DNA of 64,000 nt from Bispira polyomma (lineage: Eukaryota): contig OZ287752.1 of NCBI GenBank assembly GCA_965649765.1, positions 81,902,001 through 81,966,000 of the forward strand, in the 5' to 3' direction. Made by a program: the position numbers and the translations under genes. Below are positions 12,229-22,887 of the stretch, in pieces. Position 1 is the stretch's first letter. Each line of letters starts with the position of its first letter. The notes beneath the pieces are model-generated. The model worked only from the letters and a program-made list of their open reading frames with translations. It did not search any database and was not told where the DNA came from.

Positions 12229-13288
12229 GCTTGAACTGAGTTGCTGGTTGGTATGACTTTATAATTTACTCTCGCAGAACTCTTTAAAAAATTAAATTTA
12301 GACTGTAGTATATGTAGTGATAATTTGTTTCCAATTGTTATGTCAACTAATAAAGTTTATTCCTCAGCTTCTTATGTAGGAAAAGCATGGCATTAAAAAA
12401 TACCTTACTATATAATAAATGTTGAGGCTTTTTTTCTATTGCTACTTTTTAGTATTAATTAAATTTTTTTTTAATTTTATTTTTCTATTTTGTGTGAAAA
12501 TATAAATTGTACAATTCTCTTATAAAATGTCACCAATTTAAAATTTTGACTAAAGTGTCTTATAAGCCTACCCGAGGCTGGTTTTGTTGTATGTAATACC
12601 TTTCTTATTATTTATTTTTGTATACAAACAGGACACTATGATAAACGATATTCTATTCTAGTCTATTTTATTAAGAATTAGGTCAAAAGTTGAGCAAGTA
12701 AAACAGACTTTTATGACGATAGCGGACGAAAACTGCCCCGTAGTGATTCCATTCAACTTGAATTTTCTCAGCTATAATAAAATATATTTTTAGTCTGTAA
12801 AAAGTACCAGTCAGCCTATTCATCTTGCTTCACAGAGCTATGTAATTCATAAATATATATCACCTATACTTATACTATATATATGAGCTTTTAATTAATA
12901 ATTTCTACTGTAAAAGCTTGCATTTTTAACACTTTTGGAAATACAGTCTAACTTCAATGAAAAAAAGCGGTGTCTAAAATGAAAAGAGTCATCCAGTATT
13001 GGCCTTTATTCGTACCAATTAATGCTTGAAACTTTCCTTAATTTGAAGACCGAATCTGAGACTATTTTTTATTTTATTTCCGGTGTTGTACACTTTAAAA
13101 TGATATCATACTAGTTTAAATCAAGCAAGAAATAACCATTTTATTAAATAAATCTTAAACATTTATTATGGTTGCTGTAAAAATGGCCACGCCAACTAGA
13201 CACCAATACAAATATATTTGGGTGTCAAAACGGCCCCATAGCCGATTCGAAACGGCGAGGGTGTTGAAACGGCCCTCAACACTCTAAC

Positions 13289-13559
13289 TTATGGAAATCC
13301 ATTAGAACCAACATTAAAGTAAAAGAAATGGGGTTTATTTCCCGTTTAAAAAATACTATGTTGTTATCATTGTGATAGTAAGTCATAATAACAAGATACA
13401 TATCTCGTAATTACGAGATACTAAGTCATCAATACCAATATTTTATGAGTCATTTAAAAACCAGAAACAAAATTTATAAGTTGTAATTATAAGATAGATT
13501 TTCTTTAAAAAAAAGAACAAAATTATTCTATTTACGTTGTTACTAATGGGTTTCCATAG
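13289..13559. mobile_element. MITE with short TIRs and degenerate internal repeats
   Basis: TATGGAAATCCATTAG...CTAATGGGTTTCCATA termini with internal CTCGTAATTACGAGA-like motifs. The right portion recurs at ~37440-37604. Confidence 0.6.
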
Positions 13560-14311
13560 AATGCTGATCTGGAATGCAGATATACAGCAATTGACTCTAT
13601 GATCATGGATGTTTAAAAACAAGCAATGTAAAAAATAACAATAGGAGGTATTTGTATTGCCTCATAAAATGAGATCACAAATTCACATCACATCAAATGT
13701 TATGCATTGAATTACACAGTAATTTGGGACAATTTCAGTCATATTTATGCTCATCTTCTATATTAGTAGCACACCAAGCTACATGGTGGTACCCACACAT
13801 TGCAATTTAGTTAAACAAACACATTTTTTTGAGTAACATGTGAAAGACGTAAACTGTAATTTTTTTAAACTTAGGACTGACCTACTTAGACTTAAAGATA
13901 ACGTGCAATTAAGTGCACACTAAATAAAAGTTATATTGGTATTCCATACCGCACTGAATGAATTATACATAAAATATGGCTGTACTATGTAATAAATTTT
14001 AAGTAAATCCTGTACTCTTGTTTTACTTCTTGCCAGTAAGTATCTTATAATTATCAGTACGTAATAAATATGCAGGCTTAATATGTGTGTGGACTTTCAT
14101 TTCCGATTGAAGGCATATATTTCATTATTTCGCCAATTGCATGCTGCCATTGTTATACTGCTAGGTTTATAAAGCTATTGGCGGTATCACTACAATATTT
14201 CTTCTCTGAAAAATAAGGTAGAATGCTGCGTAAATTTATTGGGATACACTCATATCACAAATTACAGTAGAACCTCTGTTATCTGAACATTATTGGAGAG
14301 CAAGAGTTAGT

Positions 14312-14553
14312 TAGTTAGTGGTTAGCAAGCATTGCGCTTCACAATCACTGGTCTCTCACCTCTGGGTGGTGTGAGTTCGAATCCTGTCGATGCCTATGTG
14401 GGAAAGGTGGTAGTTCCTTACTGGGGGCCGCTGGTTTCAGTGCAGAACCTTGATCAACTGTATGCAGTGTTTCCTCCAGAGTTTCCAACTACCCGTCCCA
14501 ATATAACCTAAACGGGTACTAGAGTGGACGTTAAATATCCCAATGCAAATTCA
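14312..14553 (+). mobile_element. tRNA-derived SINE, slightly 5'-truncated
   Basis: A-box remnant TAGTGGTTAG, B-box GAGTTCGAATCC. Highly similar to 20826-21100 and 45208-45454. Absent at the paralogous site (~38390). Confidence 0.88.
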
Positions 14554-14697
14554 AGTCTGGATAGTTAAGGAATTTCTGTACAATGTAATAGGAAAACAGA
14601 TAGATAGGGGAGAGTAAGAAAGGAGTTCATCAAATTGTATAGTTCCGATAAGAGAGGATCTACTTTACTGGTAATTTGTTGGTGAAGAGATTACTAG

Positions 14698-14913
14698 TAG
14701 AGTAAGGAATCTAAAATTTGCCACGGTATCTGAAATGTAAAATTTCAGCCAAATCAATAAAAACTGCGCGAAAAATAACTGGAATTTAAGTAAGGCAAAA
14801 TAATCACACAAAAAACTCAATTTCAGCAAATATTATCCACAATTCTACCCAAAAAAAAATTTTCTAGGTGGCGAATTTCAGATACAGTGGCAAATTTTAG
14901 ATTCCTTACTCTA
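14698..14913. mobile_element. MITE with ~40-bp TIRs
   Basis: TAGAGTAAGGAATCTAAAATTTGCCACGGTATCTGAAAT is inverted at the right end. The empty site TTACTAGTAATAC is present in the duplicate (~38535). Confidence 0.85.
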
Positions 14914-15067
14914 GTAATACAAGATCAATTTTACACTAGGATATGAGTTTTCACTGATCAGAAAAATAGCTACAATTAAATCCTTCTAAAAACGTCCAAT
15001 TTTACAGTATGACCTTGTTTTATTGAAGAAATTTGAGGTATAATCAGCCATCCCAAACCATAGCATC

Positions 15068-18000
15068 ATGACATCAAATGTGGAAATGCAGAATTTTATG
15101 GATCAGGAGAAACAACAACCGCTTATCTCCCCACCTCAGCCGCAAGGTAATAAAAATTACATTTAAATATGGTTTAAAAAGATAGCCTGCCACCTTTAGT
15201 TAAGGGTGACTTTGTGATGTTAAAAATATCAGCCGAATCTATTACTATGGATTTGAAAAGTATGGTAAATTTAAAATGTTAGTATTGTGCTAATAAAAAA
15301 AACTACTTAAGGGTTTAATAACGTAAACACATAAACTGATCCCCGATGAACAGTATAACACTAAGAAGATCTTCTTCGGAAATTACATATAGTTTAATTA
15401 TACACTGATTTAAATATTTTGAGTGTCAACCTAATAAGGATTTTATGACATCAAATACATCTAGCAAAATGTAAAATTGTAGTAAAAATGGTTTATATTT
15501 AACCAGTACATGCTTTAAAAACGTGACACAACTCGCATACAAAGAAGGAATCAGTATCAAAGTAAAGGATGTTTTGCTTTAAAAATTGCACAAGCTGCCT
15601 ATTGAGTGCCGAATTAAATTCAAGTTAAATGCCCTCATTTTTACCACTGCCCGTGTGCAGCAGCCTGCCTACTTATCATCTATGCTGTCTCTGAGCTGTC
15701 TTACCAGAGGAAATCTTCTCTCCACCTCTGGCTTCTTACCCAAAAAAACTGGCTAATTCAAAACCAGTCAAGTAACACCTGGTGATTGGAATAGTCTCAC
15801 CACTAGTCTACACACTGAAACAAAGGTCACAGACTTCAGGAAAAATCTCAAAACACATCTCTATCAACTCGCTTTCCCACCTTAACGTTCGTTTGCTGAT
15901 CACAACTAAACTCTGATCACGAACCTTTTTTCCTGTCATACTATTCTATGTGCGAGAATGCCTGGTCATCATTTGTGGCGCAGTAAGTAAAAACATTAAT
16001 TTTAATATACATAACTAAAAAGAAGAAGACTTCACCATTATTTTACATGATTTAGAGTTTCTTAATATGGTTAACATTGTTACTGAAGAACAGTTTCATG
16101 ACCTTTATAGTGTGTATATGGGCTTCAAATAAATATAGTAAATGCAGAATGACGTTTCGGGGGTTTAATTGAGTGTTTACGTTACTTAACCCTTAAATAG
16201 AGAGACATTATTGAACAGTTATATGTCTCTGTATTGTGTAGATTTTTGTTTCGAATATGACCAAGAATGTACCCTAAGTTAGACCGGTTAGGAAATGAAT
16301 GTTTAATATAAATTACCAGACTTAATATCAAACTGAAGCATTGTCAGGTAGAGGATGAAAGTATTTACTACTTACCACAAGAAGATCACATTTAGTATAA
16401 AATATTCATTCGAGGATTCAACTGTGCAACATCTTGGTCTGATCTCAATTTAACCTTTAACCTTGGAAAAATGGCCGGGACCTAAACCTGCTAATTGTGT
16501 GAACTAGATCTAAGGAGCTAAATATTACAGAAAGTTCATATTTTGTTCAAATATTCATTGGACAGCACAGTTGAGCACGGTTATCATTTGACCTCATTTT
16601 GACCTAGGAACCCCACAAGAATTTCATAGTAAAAATTAATTGCCAGTGGTATCCTGCTTAATATTTAGAGATCACCACTCTGTGTCTATTATGATTTTGC
16701 CTAAGAATTTTTTTTCACTGTGCTTCGACTAACTTCCATTATCCAAATATTCAATTTTATGAACTCAATCTAACTCTCCCAAATTTATGTTTTCCTATTT
16801 TTTTATACTTTCTGCCTCTTCTATTTTATGAACCTTTTATTATTCGAACCAAATACTGTTCTCCCATCATCTTTGGATAATAGAGGTTTTACTGTATATA
16901 TATATATATATTCATATATATTGTAGAAACGAACCCAGTGGCCACCCCTCCTAAAGGTGACACTAAAAGAAAGCGTCCAACATGGGACCAAAAGAATAAC
17001 CCTATTGAGTTCCTAAGTACAACCTTGGGATACCTTGTAGGTGTAAGTGTTCTGATACGGATGCCATACATGATATACAGCCACGGAGGTATCGTCTTCT
17101 TGGTACAATATCTGATGTCACTACTCTTGTTTGGATTTCCAGTACTCTTACTAGAGATGTACATTGGACAGTTTACCAGCAATGGGATTTTGACTTGCTG
17201 GGAGATGTTTCCTCTGTTTACTGGAGTGGGCTATGCTATGTTGATTATCTGTATTGTCACATCTTCATCCTATGCAGTGATCAACGCCTGGTCAGTATAT
17301 TATGCCTTCGCCAGCTGGGTGAGCCCTCTACCTTGGACAACATGCGATAATGCTTGGAATACTGACAAGTGCTGGCTTCCCGAGCATGAAGGAACATACA
17401 ACTACTCCGACCAATACAATGATTATGGGAATATCAAAAAGGTGAATCCTTCAGTGGAATATTGGCAACACGAATTTCTGAGACTGGGAGATGAAGCAGG
17501 TGGGCCACTTTGGTACATTGCTCTGCCTCTGTTGGGAACATGGATTATTGTGGCACTTATTTTGTTGTTTGGTCCAAAGGTATATGGTAAAGTTGCCTAT
17601 GTAACCACTCTTCTGCCTTACGTTATTGCTGTTGTCCTTTTTCTTAGATTTGCAACACTCCCAGGTGCTTTTCTAGGACTGCAGTTCCTTTTTTATCCCA
17701 ATATCACATATTTTGCAAAGTCCACATCTTGGATGGCTGCAATTATATCAGCGTTTTTTCACATGGGAATTTCTGTAGGACCGATTATCACCCTGTCCTC
17801 GTACAATAAATTCAGAAATGACCTTGTCCGAGATGCTTTTGTGCTTACTATAGCTCAATTTGTGAGTTGTATTGGTTATGCCATGCTGGTTTTTGCTCTC
17901 TATGGTTTTATAGCTGAAAACAATGGGCAGCCGATTAATGAAGTTGTAGGAGGTGGTGTGGCAGGTCTATTCACAGCTATGGCTAGTGGCTTTGGCTCTT

Positions 18001-18743
18001 TTGTTGGTTCCCAGTTCTGGTGTTGCTTATTTTACCTTATGGTCGCACTTATGTGTACCAGGTCTCTGCTGGCCATGGCAGAGACTGTAATTACTGCTAT
18101 ACTGGACCTTATACCCAGACTTCTCCGTGTCCGGTACATTGTGGCTATTTGTGTCTGCTTTGTCTTGTTTCTGTTAGGACTGCCGTATACGCTTCATATT
18201 GGGTATGCATTCTTCATTGCAATCGATAGCTCTATATACCTTAACATGACATTGGTAGGTCTCATGGAGGTAGTTTGTGTGGCCTTCATGTATGGTGTTT
18301 TCTCTTATACCTTTACCAATCATGCCTTGTTCCGCTTTAAGGATGATTTGAGCTTGATGTTTGGTGGTAAGGCCTGCCATTGTATTCCCTGGGTGATCTG
18401 CTGGCCCTTCTGGGCCTTTATGTGGTGCATTGTGGTCCCCCTGATTTTACTGGTTTGCTGGATCTTGAACCTTCAAGATGGGCCCTCAAGTTTAGGTTAC
18501 TTCGAGATAAGTCAGAGCCTGAAAATGTTTTGCTTTTTCGTAATGCTGTCTCCAGTGCTAGCCATGCTTATTACCCCAGCCGTCTTTCTTTGTATAAAAT
18601 GTATCAAAAACATTCGTCTATCCAGGGGACTGGAGTACCTCATTAAACCTTCCAGGCATTGGGGGCCAGCTTTACCCGAGGACAGAGAGGGAATGAGTGG
18701 ATATTTACCAAACAACAAATTTGAAATTGATCCATGGCAATAG
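15068..18743 (+). CDS. SLC6/NSS (sodium:neurotransmitter symporter family)-like transporter, copy A; two coding exons, about 631 aa
   Basis: Exon 15068-15146 (MTSNVEMQNF...PQPQ, phase-1 donor G|GTAATA) joins in frame to exon 16927-18743 (TTGTAG acceptor). SLC6 hallmarks: R.TW...IEF, RMPY...GG..FL, LLEMYIGQF, PLFTGVGY, LPWTTCDNAWNT..C, GKVAYVT..LPY, TLPGA..G, LSSYNKFRND, ETVITA..D, WGP. About 12 hydrophobic segments. Exon 1 is conserved in the duplicate. Confidence 0.93.
15570..15990 (+). mobile_element. CR1/L2-clade LINE 3' fragment in the SLC6-A intron
   Basis: Translates as LKKLHKLPIECRIKFK...WNSL...FRKNLKTHLY, the typical L2 ORF2 C-terminus. Confidence 0.7.
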
Positions 18744-19244
18744 CTTGTAGCTTTTATTTTTTCAACTGCATATATGTTATAACAATGTGTACTCTGTGTA
18801 CAAATTTAAATCAACAAAACAAAATAAGAGGTGGACACATTTTGCCTAACAAAATTCAGTGGATTGTATAATTATTGCATTTTCGGTTTGTGACCTTCTT
18901 GATGTTGTTTTCTGGGTTTTGTATTATCACCATACTGTCCATGTATTATCACCACCCCTAAAATGTTGAATAGTTTATAAATTAATAATACTGACGAAAA
19001 ATCTTGGTGTTTGTTACAAGTAAACCTATTGAAATAAATTGGTCAAACTGAACACAACAATAATGCAGGAAAGTATAAAATCCACAGCCCATGGATTTGA
19101 ATGTAGTTGAAATTCACGCCACTTTAAACAGCTTAGGTCATATCACAATGGCCAGATTTATTCGTGGAAGAAAACAGTGCTGAAGCTATTTAAACTACCG
19201 ACCTACTGCAAGTTCCTGGCAAACTTTGCCACATGAAGGAATTA

Positions 19245-19557
19245 ATCGGTTTAACGTCACTTTCAACATGTCTTATTTCAGAGGAAATCAAAGAAGGTAG
19301 TTAGTCAAGGCTTTCTGTTCTGCAAACCACCAGCTTGAGGGAAATCTACTGCAAACTTAGCCACAGTGACACCAGGGCTGAGATTCAAACCCCCATCTCT
19401 CACCAATGTGGGTTTGAATCTCAGCCCTGGTGTCACTGTGGCTAAGTTTGCAGTAGATTTCCCTCAAGCTGGTGGTTTGTAGAACAGAAAGCCTTGACTA
19501 ACTACCTTCTTTGATTTCCTCTGAAATAAGACATGTTGAAAGTGACGTTAAACCGAT
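19245..19557. repeat. Near-perfect palindrome: two ~148-bp arms with a 17-nt spacer, built from SINE-like sequence
   Basis: 19245-19392 is the reverse complement of 19410-19557 (one mismatch seen). The arms contain a B-box-like GGGTTTGAATCTC and a TGTTGAAAGTGACGTTAAAC SINE-type 3' end. Confidence 0.95.
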
Positions 19558-20825
19558 ACTGAAACCCACTCTCACTATCCCCAATTGTTATTTTCCAATG
19601 GTTAGATTTAAGAAAACCTATTATCCAAACAATATCTTTCTCCCCCAACCTGTGTGGACAATAGAGGTTTGTCTCTGTATAAAGCCAATGGGCTTTCCAG
19701 GGAGACGCATGGCCAGGAACCGAGGAAATATTGTATTGCAAGATTGTAAGGTGAACAATATGTGTTGCAAAGATCTCACAGATGATCTGCATTGTGGACT
19801 AACAGTACATTATCCTCTATTATCCTAACTTGTTGGGGACTAGGATTTGGTTTGGATAACAAAAGGTTCATGAAATAGAAGAGCCATTTCAGTACAAAAC
19901 AGAAGGCAACAGAAGTTTCGGAGAGTGAAAATGAGTTCATAATAGAGGTTGTACTGTATTTTTGATTTTAAAACTCCAGAAAGACTTGTACTTACTTTGC
20001 ATGGTAAACAAGTATAGCTTTGCTGAAGTCTCCTTTTCACTTTCTTATGTATCATGTTTACTTGTTAAAATACACTTTTTCATATACTTTATGCTTTGAA
20101 CTGAATAAAAGGACATACAAAATTTTAGCTAGCTTTGACTTTTGACTTATTGACACAAGGTAAGTCACACTATAAAAGTACAAGACACAATATGTTTAAA
20201 TGTTTTAGATTAGTTGTTAGGTTATCAACTTGATTGTTTTTGTGCTTTTTGCAGTTCGATGACTGGTGTCCGCCGCACGAGTTTGGCTTCTGAAAATTTA
20301 CGACGAATTTGGGGCTGCATTAATTGTCACAATACATAAGTAATGGGTCTGCATATATATCACCATATAAACATAGCTAATGGGCCTTGTATACGATACA
20401 TAAGTATTGGGTCTGCATAGATATCACTATATAAACATAACTGCTGGGGCTTGTTTGTAATACCCAAGAACTTTGGCAGTATATGTCACTAGGTTAGCTA
20501 TAGTTACCGCCACTTACTGATAAGATAAGATAATCAAATTTTAAAGCTTAATACTTTTGAAATCTAAAAAAAAAGTTAGGGTTTGTAGTTGTTAAGGCTA
20601 AGTGAGATAAAAGTGAATAAACAGTTTTAATGAAACATTGACTTCTGACATTACAATGCATTTTAGGCTCAACTGGAAGACTATTCCATAACATAAGGGC
20701 AAAGACAGCTCTATAATCAGCTTTTTTGGTGGGTTTAACAGAGGAAACCATAACTAACTTTCTTCTCTTAAAGTTACTGAAGGAAAGACAAGTAGCAAGG
20801 TAGGAGGGCTGTTGAGAGGCAACAG

Positions 20826-21063
20826 GGGGTCCGCGGTGGCCTAGTGGTTAGCAAGCATTGCGCTTCACAATCACTGGTCTCTCACCTCTGGGCGGCGTGA
20901 GTTCGAATCCTGTTGATGCCTATGTGGGAAAGGTGGTGGTTCCTTACTGTGGGCTGCTGGTTTCAGTGCAGAACCTTGATCAACTGTATGCAGTGTTTTC
21001 GCCAGCGTTTCCAACTACCCGTCCCAATATGACCTAAACAGGTACTAGAGTGGACATTAAATA

Positions 21064-21100
<37 letters not shown>
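20826..21100 (+). mobile_element. Full-length tRNA-derived SINE with poly(A) tail and TSD
   Basis: GGGGTCCGCGGTGGCCTAGTGGTTAG (A box), GAGTTCGAATCC (B box), ~29-nt A tail. Flanks GAGGCAACAG / GAGACAACAG. Empty site in the duplicate (~45760). Confidence 0.93.
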
Positions 21101-21103
<3 letters not shown>

Positions 21104-21819
21104 ACAACAGCTTTAAAAGTCGTGACATGGAATTTAAAACAGAATTTGATAATGAATGGGAAGCCAATGTAATTTTTTGAGGTATTAAGACTGTCAGTAT
21201 GGATGCCCAGATGAAAAATGACTCTACATAGATAGTTTAGAATGGACTGTAACTTATTATGTTGATAGGTTACACTGTTTATTATATAAACACCAAGTGG
21301 CACTACATTATGTAAACTTAATGGTGTACGAGGGCCTTTTATTAAAATTAAATTAATGAGGCTTCTCAAAATATTCACTTTATTAGATGGTAGAAAAACG
21401 TTACCACTACATTATTTTCTAATGCTACATTATTAGAAAATAAAATATTGTTCAATGACAATGCATACCGCTTGGGTTTTGGTTTTGACACTGGAATGAC
21501 TTGAAATACACAAATCTAAAGAATAATAAAAAAAAATATTGTGTGTTTCTGGTTCAATGAAATTTGTGTGAAATTTGTTTACTGCAGTGTATTAGTCTGA
21601 TGAGCTGTGACCAATGTGTCACTTGCACAGACAGATCAGAACAAGCTGTCTCTAGACGAAACAAATCACAATGAGCTGTTACAGAGTGTTTCTGATGAGA
21701 AACATTTACAAACAAAACCCAAAATAATTGGAAAATTCCCCACCAAGCAACCACATATTGCAAATCCGCGACGGTATCTTTTCCAAAACATTTCTAGACT
21801 TAGGGCCCAGTAGCACGAC

Positions 21820-22023
21820 TACACAGGCGGTCACAAAAGTGTCCAGGTCATAATACTGTCCGTTGCATTTTTAAAGAACTTCCCGACCGAATTAATATTG
21901 AAAACATATGCTACTTTATTCCTATAAAGTATAAGATACTATTTTTGACAAATCTACCTTTTCTACTTTGAAATGTTCGTCGAACAATATTGTGACCTGG
22001 ACACTACTATGACCGCCCGTGTA
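21820..22023. mobile_element. Tc1/mariner-type MITE
   Basis: TA-flanked inverted termini CACAGGCGGTCACAAAAGTGTCCAGGTCATAATA / TATTGTGACCTGGACACTACTATGACCGCCCGTG. Confidence 0.75.
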
Positions 22024-22887
22024 ACCATCACAGATAATTTTTTTGTAGACTGTTAATAAAACCTAGGTATTATTTGTTTTTTTTAGATGGATAACATTTT
22101 TGATTACACTGACATTGTACACATTATTATAGTGAGAACCTAATGCACAAAATGCCAAGTTACAAAATGCCAATCAATTATTTTTAGAGCTAGGACCAAG
22201 AGAGCTATATTATATTTTGGAAGAGTAACTGCTTTTGTGAAACCGGAAATGCGCTTATTGAACATTGCATCCTTATTTGGAAGTTGTTTTCCTGTGCTAG
22301 GTTAAAAAAATCTCATATCATTTGCATAAAAATCCATTGTTGTGTGACATTTATTAAAATAAAAAGATGTCAATGTTAGAAATTTTTAGAAAGTTAGCAT
22401 TTACATGTGGGTTTGATGAATTTAAGCATCACCATCAAAAAGAATTGCAATAATTAATAGTGAGTTTAAAATATATTTTATTTTGTATGTTAAAATAAAG
22501 AAGAAACTAACCACTTTAATGTGGTACTCATTTTGAAATTGGCAGCGGATGAATACTCTACTAATAAGGTAAATTGGTTTAAACCATTGAAAACCAGCAA
22601 CAGAAGAATACATTATCAAAGACACTGTGATAAACCAAGAACAATTATTGGTTGGCAACTTATACTAATTATATACAATAATGGTATAACATTAGTAATT
22701 CTGCAGTAAACTCTGGAGAAGTCAAAATGCATTGGATTTGGTTCTACTTATGGCTAACTTGGATGTACCAAAGTTCAAACTTTTCCCAACAAATTGGTTC
22801 TAATTATACATAATATTTACTTGTACGCTGGTTCCACAAACACAAAATATATTGTCTTTGGTTCATTAATCCGTTTAAAGTTAAGTA

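Noticed and set aside
11900-12256. ORFs spanning N runs (also 40174-40645)
   Set aside because: Artefacts of assembly gaps.
20826-20912. tRNA-like sequence with A and B boxes
   Set aside because: It is the head of a SINE: three dispersed copies share a 3' body, tails and TSDs, and there is no convincing cloverleaf.
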